Counted from the stretch's first letter, positions 12,848 to 27,546 are shown. The stretch: DNA of 64,000 bases from an uncultured Chloroflexia bacterium (GCA_963741635.1 CAVUIO010000012.1:195514-259513); one strand, 5' to 3'. The notes: generated from the letters alone by a model not told the origin. Translations and numbers: made by a program.

Positions 12848-12889
12848 CTGCTGGTTAGGTAATTAAATTCGATTTGCATCGAGGTTAGC

Positions 12890-13876
12890 ATGTCAAAAAA
12901 AGGCCGTGTATTTTCCGGCATTCGTCCAACCGGGCGGGCTCACCTGGGCAACTACCTGGGCGCATTCAAAAATTACGTCGCTTTGCAGGACGATTATGAG
13001 TGCGTTTATTGCATCGTGGACCTGCATGCCCTTACGACGGTTGAGGATACGCTTAATCTGAAACAAAATACATACGACCTGGCGGTGGACCTGCTGGCTG
13101 TCGGCATCCGCCCGGAAGAGACCATCCTATTTGTCCAGTCACATGTGCCCCAGGTCACCGAATTGCACACAATCCTTTCCATGGTTACGCCTCTTGGAAA
13201 GCTTACCGATCTGCCAACCTTCAAGGAAAAAGTTCGCCAGAACCCAAACAATGTAAATTATGGTTTGGTTGGCTACCCGGTGCTGATGAGTGCAGATATC
13301 CTGCTTTATAAAACAGACCTGGTTCCGGTTGGGATCGACCAGGCGCCCCACCTGGAATTTGCTCGCGAGGTCGTCCGTTCTTTTAACTTTCGCTACAATA
13401 CCAACGTTCTGGTGGAACCGCAGATGAAGGCCGCCGAAGTTCAGAAAGTTCTTGGCATTGACGGCAAAGAAAAAATGGGGAAAAGCCTGAACAACCAGAT
13501 CGAGCTGGCTGCCACGCCTGAGGAAACCCGCCAGCGGGTTATGATGATGGTGACCGACCCTCACCGCATCAAACGCACCGATCCAGGCAACCCGGATATA
13601 TGCAATGTTTTCACCCTCCATAAAGTTTTTACAAAAAAAGAAGATGTGGAAATGATCAACATCGAATGCCGCCGTGCTGGAATCGGCTGCGTGGATTGCA
13701 AAAAAAGATTAGCCGAGAGCTTGAATGGAGCCCTCGAACCTTTCCGGGTTAAACGTGCCGAGATCGCCGCGCACCCCGACCTGGTGCCTTCAGTCCTTGA
13801 AGATGGAGCTAAACGCGCCAGGGCGATTGCAGAAAAAACCATGCAGGAGGTACGGGCTGCGGTTCAATTGCCCTAA
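12890..13876 (+). CDS. trpS: Tryptophan--tRNA ligase
   Basis: An intact 328-aa ORF with a HIGH-like motif (GRAHLGNY) and KMSKS (KMGKS). Confidence 0.95.
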   Translation: MSKKGRVFSGIRPTGRAHLGNYLGAFKNYVALQDDYECVYCIVDLHALTTVEDTLNLKQNTYDLAVDLLAVGIRPEETILFVQSHVPQVTELHTILSMVTPLGKLTDLPTFKEKVRQNPNNVNYGLVGYPVLMSADILLYKTDLVPVGIDQAPHLEFAREVVRSFNFRYNTNVLVEPQMKAAEVQKVLGIDGKEKMGKSLNNQIELAATPEETRQRVMMMVTDPHRIKRTDPGNPDICNVFTLHKVFTKKEDVEMINIECRRAGIGCVDCKKRLAESLNGALEPFRVKRAEIAAHPDLVPSVLEDGAKRARAIAEKTMQEVRAAVQLP

Positions 13877-13914
13877 TCTCTTATTGAAAGCGATCCTCTT
13901 ATTCCCCATTAATC

Positions 13915-14352
13915 ATGCGTGCATTAATCCAAAGGGTTAAATCCGGCAATGTCTCCGTGGATGGGAAAATCATTGCCAGCATTGGCAGTGGGCTGGTAAT
14001 CCTGCTCGGAATTGGGGGAGGAGATACAGAAGACCAAGCCAGGTCGCTGGCAGAAAAGATCGCAACACTGCGCATTTTCACTGATTCCGATGGGAAGCTC
14101 AACCTGTCCCTGCAGGATGTAAAAGGCGCCGCCATAGTCATTTCCCAATTTACACTTTATAGTGACACTCGCAAAGGACGACGTCCCTCGTTTACGGAGG
14201 CTGCCGACCCCGCGGTCGCTGAGCCGCTGGTGGAAAAATTCGCATCGTATTTGAAGGATTTGGGCTCCCAGGTGCAGACAGGTCGTTTCGGCGCCCATAT
14301 GCTCGTTGGGATAGAAAATGATGGCCCGGTAACGATCATGCTTGAGAAATAA
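13915..14352 (+). CDS. dtd: D-aminoacyl-tRNA deacylase
   Basis: A 145-aa ORF reading MRALIQRV...SQFTLY...GRRPSF...GAHM.V...NDGPVT, the typical Dtd pattern. Confidence 0.93.
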   Translation: MRALIQRVKSGNVSVDGKIIASIGSGLVILLGIGGGDTEDQARSLAEKIATLRIFTDSDGKLNLSLQDVKGAAIVISQFTLYSDTRKGRRPSFTEAADPAVAEPLVEKFASYLKDLGSQVQTGRFGAHMLVGIENDGPVTIMLEK

Positions 14353-14458
14353 GTCACAATCATTTTTAAGTAAATAATCCGCTTGACGATATAGAAAGGT
14401 TGTGCTAGTATCTCTTTAATTATTAAAAACAAGGATGTTTGTCTTTAAGGAGGAGAAC

Positions 14459-15166
14459 ATGGCCAAAAAATTATCGGTGATCGTCGTTGTCGGGTTGGCA
14501 ACCATGTTATTGCTGATTTCCTGTTCACGTACTGCTTCCCAATCGCCGCAGACTGTGCTGGCAACGCCCACGGGGAAAGTGAACGTAACCGTGCAACAAC
14601 CAACCGGCGTCGGTCAAATCGAGATGATTGGCACCACACAAATGCTGCAAACAATGACGGCATTTTACGTGCAAACTCAGACAGCTCAACCGCTCAACCC
14701 GACGACTGCTTATTCCACTTCAACACCTTTTGGAACACCTGCTCCGATAATACTCCCCACCGGGACTGCAGCCACGCTCCCCGCCGGAACCACACCCGTA
14801 GTCATTGTACCCACATCAACACCTGGACATCCATCTTCTTATACTCTCATGCCGGGTGAGTTCCCCTATTGCATTGCCCGCCGTTTCAATGTGAATCAGC
14901 AGGAACTGCTCTCGATAAATGGCCTCAGCGATGCCACCCTTCTTCAACCAGGCAGCGTTTTGACCATCCCGCAAACCGGCAATCCTTTTGTAGGTGCACG
15001 GGCTCTGCATCCCCATCCGACCACCTTTACTGTCTCCTCTGCCACCGAAACGATCTACTCAGTGGCCTGCTACTTCGGGGATGTTGATCCAACCCAGATT
15101 ATTGCGGCAAACAACCTGGCGTCCCCTTACGTCCTGCACATGAATCAGACTCTGAATATTCCGTAA
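14459..15166 (+). CDS. Lipoprotein with two LysM domains
   Basis: An AAGGAGGAG SD precedes MAKKLSVIVVVGLATMLLLISC (lipobox LISC). A low-complexity T/P linker follows, then two LysM-like repeats (YTLMPGEFPYCIARRFNV..LTIP and TIYSVACYFGDV..LNIP). Confidence 0.8.
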   Translation: MAKKLSVIVVVGLATMLLLISCSRTASQSPQTVLATPTGKVNVTVQQPTGVGQIEMIGTTQMLQTMTAFYVQTQTAQPLNPTTAYSTSTPFGTPAPIILPTGTAATLPAGTTPVVIVPTSTPGHPSSYTLMPGEFPYCIARRFNVNQQELLSINGLSDATLLQPGSVLTIPQTGNPFVGARALHPHPTTFTVSSATETIYSVACYFGDVDPTQIIAANNLASPYVLHMNQTLNIP

Positions 15167-15184
15167 ACGGAATTTAACTAAAAA

Positions 15185-15217
15185 CACCCAGGCAGAATTC
15201 AGCCTGGGTGTTTTTTT
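15185..15217 (+). terminator. Rho-independent terminator after the LysM gene
   Basis: CACCCAGGC-AGAATTCA-GCCTGGGTG followed by T7. Confidence 0.8.
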
Positions 15218-15226
15218 GGAGGCTGA

Positions 15227-15763
15227 ATGCCTTTCGAATTGCAAAAATCCGAAATAATATATTCAGGGCGTGCTTTTACGATACGCCGCGACAAGCTGAG
15301 ACTACCGGATGGGCGCGAGAACAGCTTCGATATAGTGGTCCACATTGGATCGGTAATTATCCTTCCCCTGGATTCTAAGGGGCAGCTTCTATTCGTACGC
15401 CAGTACCGACATGCAGCCGGTTCAGAACTCCTGGAGCTCCCGGCTGGAACGCTCGACCCTGGGGAATCACCGGAAGCCTGTGCCACGCGTGAAGTGCGGG
15501 AAGAAACGGGTATGGCTGCCGGGAAGTTGGATCACCTGGGTGGGTTTTACCTGGCGCCCGGCTACTCCACTGAATACATGCACGTCTACCTGGCTACCAC
15601 GTTGCGACATGATCCCTTGAAAGCCGATGATGATGAGTTCCTTTCCGTAGAGAAATATCCTCTTAAGGAAGCCCTGGCAATGTTTGAACGAGGAGAAATC
15701 CAGGATGCAAAATCGATCGCAGCCATCCTGCTGGCTAGAAAACTCATGGAAAAGCTAAAATAA
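15227..15763 (+). CDS. NUDIX hydrolase (ADP-ribose pyrophosphatase-like)
   Basis: The Nudix box is GTLDPGESPEACATREVREETG. The ORF is intact at 178 aa. Confidence 0.85.
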   Translation: MPFELQKSEIIYSGRAFTIRRDKLRLPDGRENSFDIVVHIGSVIILPLDSKGQLLFVRQYRHAAGSELLELPAGTLDPGESPEACATREVREETGMAAGKLDHLGGFYLAPGYSTEYMHVYLATTLRHDPLKADDDEFLSVEKYPLKEALAMFERGEIQDAKSIAAILLARKLMEKLK

Positions 15764-15911
15764 CACCTTTTGCGATTGGTGACATGTCGCTGTAGTTATT
15801 ATGTATAAAATTACTATCGCTTGTCAACCTGGGGGAATAAACTCATTGTTTGGTAAATTATCCTGCCACAGAACTCTCTGTGTTATTCAAATTTAAGGAG
15901 AAAAGCTATAT

Positions 15912-18900
15912 ATGGAACGCCAAAAGGTTACGATTGATGGGAATGAAGCCACCGCTTCCGTCGCCCATCGCACCAATGAAATCTGCGCGATCTATCCCAT
16001 CACTCCTTCTTCAAACATGGGGGAGTTTGCCGACGACTGGTCGGCAGTCAAACGCAAGAATATCTGGGGTACCGTGCCCCTGGTGGTGGAGATGCAATCC
16101 GAAGGGGGCGCTTCCGGAGCAGTCCACGGAGCACTCCAGACCGGAGCATTAACTACCACTTTCACTGCCAGCCAGGGCTTGCTTTTGATGATCCCCAACA
16201 TGTTCAAGATCGCCGGGGAACTCACCAGCACGGTTTTCCACGTTTCAGCTCGCACCGTGGCAACCCATGCCCTTTCCATCTTCGGCGACCACTCTGATGT
16301 GATGGCTGTTCGTCAGACCGGCTGGGCAATGCTGCCCTCCGGGTCGGTCCAGGAAGCGCATGATATGGCCTTGATCGCCCAGGCTTCCACCTTGGAAGCA
16401 CGCGTGCCTTTCGTGCACTTCTTTGATGGTTTCCGCACCTCGCATGAAGTCGCAAAAATTGAGCAGTTAACGGACGACGACCTGCGGGCAATGATCGATG
16501 ATGATCTGGTCAATGCCCACCGGGCGCGCGCCCTTTCTCCCAATCATCCTGTCCTGCGCGGCTCCGCCCAAAACCCGGATGTATTCTTCCAGGCGCGTGA
16601 GACCATCAATCCGTTCTATACCAAGGTCCCCGGAATAGTCCAGAAGGCAATGGATAAATTCGCCAAGCTTACCGGCCGCGCCTATCACCTGTTCGATTAT
16701 ATTGGCGCTCCGGACCCCGAGCGGGTGATCATCATCATGGCGTCTGGCGGCGAGACTGCTGAAGCCACGGTTCGCTACCTGGTTGAGAAGGGTGAAAAAG
16801 TAGGCGTGGTGCGTGTGCGTCTTTACCGCCCATTTGACGCGCAAGCCTTCCTCAAATCCCTTCCCAAGAGCGTCAAATCAATTGCAGTCCTCGACCGAAC
16901 CAAAGAACCCGGTGCAACCGGTGAACCGCTCTACCTGGATGTGACCAGCACCCTGTTTGAAAACGACCGGCAGGGGATTAAAGTGATCGGGGGACGCTAC
17001 GGTCTTTCTTCGAAAGAATTTACTCCCGCCATGGTCAAGGCTGTCCTGGACGAACTTAAAAAAGCCAGCCCCAAGAACCATTTCGTGGTTGGCATCAATG
17101 AGGATGTAACACATTCAAGCCTGGATTATGACCTCAATTTTTCGGTGGAATATCCAGAGACCGTGCGCTGCCTCTTTTTCGGTTTGGGTTCGGACGGTAC
17201 CGTTGGTGCAAATAAGAACTCGATCAAGATCATCGGCGAAGAGACCAATAATAACGCCCAGGGCTATTTCTATTATGACTCCAAGAAAGCTGGCACCCTG
17301 ACCGTTTCCCACTTGCGCTTTGGTCCAAAACCGATCCAGGCTCCATACCTGATCACCCCCAACACCGCCAATTTTGTAGCTTGCCACCAGTTCAATTTCC
17401 TGGAGCGCTTTGACTTCACCAAGTTTGCCCAACCCGGTGCTGTCTTTTTGGTGAACAGTTTATATGGTCCAGATGAAATCTGGGATAAGTTGCCGCAGGA
17501 AGTCCAAAAGGACATCATCGAGAAAAAATTGAAGTTTTACACAATCAACGCGTATGATGTCGCCGAAAAAACCGGCATGGGCAGCCGGGTAAATACCATC
17601 ATGCAGACCTGTTTCTTCGCGATTTCCGGCATCCTGCCCCGTGATGAGGCCATCGAGCAAATCAAGAAAGCCATCAAGAAAACCTACGGCAAGCGCGGCG
17701 AAGCAGTGGTCATGAAAAACTATGCAGCGGTGGATCAGACCCTGATCAACCTGCACGAGGTCAAGGTACCCGGCAAGAGTAACCAGCACCATCACCCGCC
17801 GCCCGCCCGTGGCTGCAGAAGCGCCCGAGTTCGTCCGCAACGTGCTTGGACCAATGATTGCCTTCGAAGGTGATACTGTTCCCGTTTCCGCCATGCCCCT
17901 GGATGGCACCTTCCCCACCGGCACCACCAAGTGGGAGAAGCGCAACATCGCCCTGGAGATACCCGGTTTGGGAATCCGACCTGTGCATCCAGTGCGGGAA
18001 ATGTGTCTTTGTGTGTCCACATGCGGTCATCCGTCATAAAGTTTTCGACAAGAAATTCCTCGAAAAAATGCCCGCGACTTTCAAGTACATGGACTCCAAG
18101 TTCAAGGAGTATCCCGGCATGGCTTACTCCGTGCAGGTGGCACCTGAGGATTGCACCGGCTGCACTTTGTGTGTGGAAGCCTGCCCTGCCAAGGATAAAA
18201 CCAATCCGTCCCGCAAAGCCATTAACATGGCTCCCCAGCCGCCTTTGCGCGAGACCGAAGCCAGGAACTGGGATTTCTTCCTGTCCCTGCCTGAAATTGA
18301 CCGCACTGCCATCAACCTGGGCACAATAAAGAATTCGCAACTCCTTCAACCTCTGTTTGAGTTTTCCGGAGCTTGCGCAGGTTGCGGGGAAACTCCGTAT
18401 GTAAAATTGCTGTCACAATTGTTCGGCGACCGGTCTATCATCGCCAACGCCACGGGCTGCTCGTCCATTTACGGTGGGAACCTGCCCACTACTCCCTATA
18501 CATTCAACAAGGAAGGAAGGGGACCCGCCTGGTCCAACTCACTGTTTGAAGATAACGCCGAGTTCGGCTTGGGCTTCCGCTTGACATTGGATAAGCAGCT
18601 GGAATATGCCAGCGACATCCTGCCGACTTTCGTGAATGAATTGGGCCAGGATCTTGTGGACAGCCTGCTGAAAGCCGACCAGACTACCGACCTGGGGATT
18701 AAACAGCAACGAGAGCGAGTCGAAATCCTGAAGCAGAAACTCGCCCGGTCCAAGAACCCGCAGGCTCAGAACCTGGTGGCGGTTGCGGATGCTTTCGTCA
18801 AGAAGGCAGTCTGGATCGTAGGGGGCGACGGCTGGGCATACGATATCGGTTACGGCGGGCTAGATCACGTATCTGTCAACCGGTCGAAATGTAAATTTGC

Positions 18901-19472
18901 TGGTTCTCGATACTGAGGTTTACTCGAACACAGGTGGACAAGCATCCAAGTCCACGCCGCGGGGAGCTGTGGCTCGATTTGCCGCCTCTGGAAAGGGTTT
19001 ATCAAAGAAGGACCTGGGTCTGATGGCGATCGCTTATGGATATGTTTACGTAGCCCGTGTTGCCATGGGTTATAGTGACCAGCATACCCTTAAGGCGTTT
19101 CTGGAAGCCGAGTCCTACAACGGCCCATCCATCATCATAGCCTACAGCCACTGCATTTCACATGGCTACGACATGTCCAAGGGTCTGGAACAGCAAAAAT
19201 TGGCTGTCCAATCCGGTCTCTGGCCTCTTTATCGTTTCGATCCACGCCTGGCCGCGGACGATAAGAACCCCCTCCAGATCGACTGCAAAGAACCAACCGT
19301 CTCAGTGGAACAGTATATGTATAACGAAACCCGCTTCCGCATGCTGACCCAAAGTGATGAAGCGCGCGCAGAGACTTTGCTGAAATTGTCTGCTGAAGAT
19401 GCCAAGTCCCGCTGGAGCTTCTATTCCCAGTTGGCTGCCATGCACTACGGCAAATCAACAGAGCAGAAATAA
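15912..19472 (+). CDS. nifJ: Pyruvate:ferredoxin (flavodoxin) oxidoreductase, single-polypeptide type, three frameshifts
   Basis: ORFs 15912-17873, 17809-18039, 17858-18916 and 18897-19472 join colinearly. The product has an N-terminal PFOR domain and two 4Fe-4S motifs (CIQCGKCVFVCP, CTGCTLCVEACP). The TPP domain GGDGWAYDIGYGGLDHV is followed, after a frame change, by the NMLVLDTEVYSNTGGQ segment. Frame changes lie near 17785, 17965 and 18895. Confidence 0.93.
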
Positions 19473-19482
19473 ATTGATTAAA

Positions 19483-19509
19483 ATGGGACAGAGTTGAACT
19501 CTGTCCCAT
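19483..19509 (+). terminator. Intercistronic hairpin between nifJ and the DHOD-like gene (weak terminator or processing site)
   Basis: ATGGGACAGAG-TTGAA-CTCTGTCCCAT followed only by TT. Confidence 0.35.
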
Positions 19510-19538
19510 TTGGAATGTTAACTAGTAAAGGAGAGCTT

Positions 19539-20540
19539 ATGGTTGACTTATCTACGACCTATCTGGGGCTTAACCTCAAGAACCCACTGGTTGCATCCGC
19601 CTCACCTCTGTCAGAAAAATTGGAAACCGTCAAAGAGTTGGAAGCAGCTGGGATCTCGGCGATCGTCATGTATTCCCTTTTTGAAGAACAGATTATCCAC
19701 GAGAGCCTCGAGCTGGACCACTTCCTTTTTTACGGTACCGAAATTTCCCCGGAATTTGATACATTCTATCCACAAAGTGGACGCTACACGCTCAAGGCAG
19801 ATGCTTACGTGGAGCATCTTGGTAAAATCAAGCAGGCGGTCAAGATCCCGGTCATCGGCAGCCTGAACGGAGTCTCATCCGGTGGTTGGATCAAATATGC
19901 CAAAAGGATCGAAGAAGCCGGGGCGGATGCCCTGGAGCTTAATCTTTATTTCCTCCCCACCAACCCGGCCCAGACAGCCACCCAGATTGAAGAAAACTAC
20001 ATCACCCTGGTGCATGATATTCGCAGCAGCATCAAAATTCCGTTGGCGGTAAAACTCAGCCCCTTCTTTACCTCCATTCCAAATATTGCAAAACGGCTGA
20101 CCGATGCCGGTGCAAACGGCTTGGTGCTGTTCAATCGTTTCTATCAGCCGGATTTCGATCTGGAAGAACTGCAGGTCGTTCCGAACCTGATATTAAGCAC
20201 ATCGAGTGAACTTCGCCTGCCGCTGCGTTGGATCGCCATTCTTTATGGACAGATCAAAGCAGACTTGGCCCTTACGACCGGAGTACATACGGCAGAAGAT
20301 GTTATTAAAGCGACCATGGCTGGCGCCAGCGTTGCAATGACGACCTCGTTACTGCTTGCGGAAGGGATGGACCGTATTCCCGTAGTACTTGCTGATCTTG
20401 AAAAGTGGATGAGCATCCATGAATACGAATCCATCCAGCAGATGAAAGGCAGCCTGAGCCAGAAATCGGTTTCAGAACCGGCTGCCTTCGAGCGGGCAAA
20501 TTACATGAAAGTGCTCAATTCATTTAAATCAATGCCCTAA
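19539..20540 (+). CDS. Dihydroorotate dehydrogenase-like (PyrD family, TIM-barrel flavoprotein) protein
   Basis: An AAAGGAGAG SD precedes MVDLSTTYLGLNLKNPLVASASPLS. Also present are ..GADALELNLY.. and ..PLAVKLSPF.., typical of the class 1 DHOD-like family. The ORF is intact. Confidence 0.8.
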   Translation: MVDLSTTYLGLNLKNPLVASASPLSEKLETVKELEAAGISAIVMYSLFEEQIIHESLELDHFLFYGTEISPEFDTFYPQSGRYTLKADAYVEHLGKIKQAVKIPVIGSLNGVSSGGWIKYAKRIEEAGADALELNLYFLPTNPAQTATQIEENYITLVHDIRSSIKIPLAVKLSPFFTSIPNIAKRLTDAGANGLVLFNRFYQPDFDLEELQVVPNLILSTSSELRLPLRWIAILYGQIKADLALTTGVHTAEDVIKATMAGASVAMTTSLLLAEGMDRIPVVLADLEKWMSIHEYESIQQMKGSLSQKSVSEPAAFERANYMKVLNSFKSMP

Positions 20541-20554
20541 TTTCCTGAGAATTA

Positions 20555-20590
20555 AAAAACACAGCCCCTGCACATGCAGGGGCTGTTGCT
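20555..20590. terminator. Bidirectional terminator between the DHOD-like gene and infA
   Basis: CAGCCCCTGC-ACAT-GCAGGGGCTG is flanked by an A6 run upstream and a T-rich tail downstream. Confidence 0.65.
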
Positions 20591-20614
20591 TTCTATGAGT
20601 GCAGACGGAAGCGG

Positions 20615-20864
20615 TTATTCGACAACTTCAGGTTCCCCGCCGGACTTCTTTTGCCGATATGTGATGCGTCCGCGGGTTAAGTCGTAGGGAGACATCTCGA
20701 CCTTGACATGATCCCCAAGCAAAATACGGATGTAATACTTGCGCATCTTGCCAGAGAGATATGCCAAAACTTCGTGCCCGTTATCGAGTTCGCACCCGGA
20801 ACTGGGTGCCGGGTAAAGCCTCGACCACCAGCCCTTCGACCTGAATCTTGTCTTCGTTAGCCAT
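20615..20864 (-). CDS. infA: Translation initiation factor IF-1, one apparent 1-nt insertion
   Basis: The reverse strand reads [24 protein letters not shown], then after one frame change [48 protein letters not shown]. The break is at GTG-C-GAA. It is absent from the ORF track because it is split. Confidence 0.9.
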
Positions 20865-20890
20865 AATGCCTCCAGTCCCGTTCCACTGGT

Positions 20891-21089
20891 TTATTCATAA
20901 TCCTTGTAAGCACGTCGCTTGTAACGTCGGATGGCTTTCTTTTGATCCATGCGGCGCTGCTCACTCTTGGAAACGAACCAGCGTTTACGGCGTACCGTGC
21001 TCAAGACCCCGCTCTTTACGATCTTTTTTCGAAACCGCTTGAGCAGTTGAATCTTGCGACTCGTTATTGCGTAAATTTACGACCGTCAA
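20891..21089 (-). CDS. rpsU: 30S ribosomal protein S21, one apparent 1-nt insertion
   Basis: A GGAGG SD lies 8 nt before the TTG at 21089. The product is MTVVNLRNNESQDS, then after one frame change LLKRFRKKIVKSGVLSTVRRKRWFVSKSEQRRMDQKKAIRRYKRRAYKDYE. Confidence 0.85.
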
Positions 21090-21122
21090 CTGCCTCACCT
21101 CCTTCCATTGGGAGGAATACAT

Positions 21123-21155
21123 AAAAAAACTCGGCTTATCACAAACTCAGCCGAG
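21123..21155 (-). terminator. Rho-independent terminator ending the rRNA operon
   Basis: The minus strand reads CTCGGCT-GAGTTTGTGATA-AGCCGAG followed by T7. It lies downstream of 5S and upstream of rpsU. Confidence 0.7.
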
Positions 21156-21326
21156 GGCGCGTAATACCTGGATGAGAACGTATTTGATCATCTGGAATTT
21201 AGCGCTGCACACACTCCTTGGTTGCCAAAGCTATAGGAATAAAACGGCAATCTACGCGGACTGGTCTGTGAACGAAAGGATTATACCTTATGAATGAAAT
21301 GATGAGAAGAGAAAAAAAGAAAAGTC

Positions 21327-21445
21327 CCTTTGGCAATGACCTACTCTCCCAGGCAGTTACCCACCAAGTACCATCGGCGCTGACGAGCTTAACTTCCGGG
21401 TTCGGGATGGGACCGGGTGTACCCTCGTCGCTCAAATCACCAAAG
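21327..21445 (-). rRNA. rrf: 5S ribosomal RNA
   Basis: The reverse complement is CTTTGGTGATTTGAGCGACGAGGGTACACCCGGTCCCATCCCGAACCCGGAAGTTAAGCTCGTCAGCGCCGATGGTACTTGGTGGG...GGGAGAGTAGGTCATTGCCAAAGG. Confidence 0.95.
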
Positions 21446-21521
21446 AGACTTATTCCCTTAGTTGTTGCTGAATAGTTATTGTGTTCGATGTAGGAACAAT
21501 ATCAAGTTCTCCGCACCACGC

Positions 21522-24458
<2,937 letters not shown>

Positions 24459-24743
24459 CACGTGATGCGGAGAAATTGATATTGTTCGGCCTACATCAAA
24501 ATAATTGTCAATTCATCAATAACTATTCAGTTGTCAAGGTTCTGTTTTCGCCGTTGACCGGCGACCGGTGTGCTTCACAATTGTCAAGGACACGGGTTGG
24601 CAGTCAACTAATTTTTTTCGACAAAGCGACCCGGCTCATCGCCGGGCCGCGTCTTCTACCCTTGCGATCTGAGCCATTCTTCTATCGGTATTCCAGGGTC
24701 ACCAACTTCAAACTGTTCCTCATCCTTTCATGCAAAGGCTCAG

Positions 24744-24814
24744 TGGAGATGACGGGATTCGAACCCTGGCCTTCGCCTTGCAAAGGCGCTGCTCTCCCGC
24801 TGAGCTACATCCCC
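24744..24814 (-). tRNA. tRNA-Ala (anticodon TGC) in the 16S-23S spacer; the T-stem looks 1 nt short
   Basis: The reverse complement is GGGGATGTAGCTCAGCGGGAGAGCAGCGCCTTTGCAAGGCGAAGGCCAGGGTTCGAATCCCGTCATCTCCA. It has G3:U70 and anticodon loop UUUGCAA. The 5-prime T-stem strand CAGGG does not pair with CCCGT unless a C is restored (ACGGG). Confidence 0.9.
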
Positions 24815-24836
24815 GAGCACTGCCTGAAATTTCAGG

Positions 24837-24911
24837 TGGGCCTGACTGGACTTCGAACCAGTGACCCCAGTCTTATCAGGACTGTGCTCTAACCAGCTGA
24901 GCTACAGGCCC
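24837..24911 (-). tRNA. tRNA-Ile (anticodon GAT) in the 16S-23S spacer; 8-nt T-loop
   Basis: The reverse complement is GGGCCTGTAGCTCAGCTGGTTAGAGCACAGTCCTGATAAGACTGGGGTCACTGGTTCGAAGTCCAGTCAGGCCCA. The T-loop TTCGAAGT is one nt longer than canonical. Confidence 0.9.
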
Positions 24912-24921
24912 GCCCAGGCTA

Positions 24922-24955
24922 GGCCTTAACAACTGAAAAGTGATAGGAAGCTTAC
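24922..24955 (-). repeat. 3-prime half of the 16S processing stem (inverted repeat partner of 26591-26625), contains a boxA-like CCTTAACAACTG
   Basis: Plus-strand GGCCTTAACAACTGAAAAGTGATAGGAAGCTTAC is near-identical to the reverse complement of 26591-26625. Confidence 0.7.
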
Positions 24956-25035
24956 TTATCGACTTTCACCCACCGCGGGCGAAAGATTTGGGTTGAGCGC
25001 AGGTTGCGTGAGTTCTGACCTTTGCTCGTTTATCT

Positions 25036-26545
<1,510 letters not shown>

Positions 26546-26590
26546 AAAATATCACCCTTGCGGGTGTAAGTTACGGAATAGAACGACAGG

Positions 26591-26625
26591 CTTACTTCCT
26601 ATCACATTTCAGTTGTTAAGGTCCG
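26591..26625 (-). repeat. 5-prime half of the 16S processing stem (pairs with 24922-24955)
   Basis: The reverse complement CGGACCTTAACAACTGAAATGTGATAGGAAGTAAG matches the spacer copy with a few mismatches. Confidence 0.7.
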
Positions 26626-26827
26626 GTATACAAAGCGGGCTGGATTTTACCCGCAAGACCCACCACTGTCAAGTTTCACAGAGACGAAATCGCCGATGTT
26701 TTTATTCCGACATCGGCTCGTCAGACTGCAAAACCTGCTGCATTGTGTCTCTGACGTGAGACGTTGCTGTGTTGTCAACGATCTGTCCAAGTGGACGAGA
26801 TCTGCGTGGGGGTCAATGTGCTTGCCT

Positions 26828-26855
26828 ATTATACGCATTCGAACTGACTTGTCAA
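26828..26855 (-). promoter_or_regulatory. Consensus sigma-70 promoter of the rRNA operon (TTGACA-16 nt-TATAAT)
   Basis: On the minus strand, TTGACA lies at 26855-26850 and TATAAT at 26833-26828, about 280 nt upstream of 16S. The -35 box overlaps the recR stop codon region. Confidence 0.6.
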
Positions 26856-27494
26856 GGAATTTGCGACCCCCAATTTGCATTCTTTAAGGTTGCTGACATT
26901 TCCTGGCGTCCGGATAAGGCCCGCAGAAGCGTATTCTGATCCGCATATTCCAGGTCGCCGCCCACAGGCAGGCCGCGTGCCAGCCTGGTCACTCGCACCC
27001 CCAGTGCCTGGAGACGTGGGTGCAGGTATTGCGCCGTGGCCTCCCCTTCCATGGATGGGTTGGTCGCCAGGATCACTTCCTGCACGCCGCCGCGCTGGAT
27101 GCGTTCCAGCAAAGGCTTGATCTTCAAGTCATCCGGCCCAATGCCCTCAATGGGCGAAAGCACGCCCTGCAGGACATGGTACTTGCCCTTATATACCCCC
27201 ACCCTTTCCAGCGCAACCACGTCCAGAGGTTCTTCCACCACGCAGATCATCGCTCGGGTCGCGCTGTCCGCTCTCGCAAATCTCACAGCGGTCCCGTCCT
27301 GCAGAGGTGATATTGAAGCACTCCTGGCAAAAGGCGATTTTATTTTTAAAATCAGCCAGCGCTTCGGCTAATTGACCGGAAACCTCCGGAGAGGCGCGCA
27401 GCAGGAAGAACGCCAGGCGGGAGGCGGTCTTCGGTCCGATCCCGGGAAGTCGTTCAAGGGCAGCGACAAGGTTTTGAATGGGTTCAGGAAGCAT
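26852..27494 (-). CDS. recR: Recombination protein RecR, one frameshift near 27245
   Basis: ORF 27189-27494 carries the HhH motif [17 protein letters not shown] and the Zn finger CQECFN..CEIC. ORF 26852-27286 carries the Toprim region [31 protein letters not shown]. Confidence 0.9.
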
Positions 27495-27546
27495 AGATGT
27501 TTTCCCTAAGGGAGTCGCCAGCTTGCACCGTCTTTCAACCTAATTT

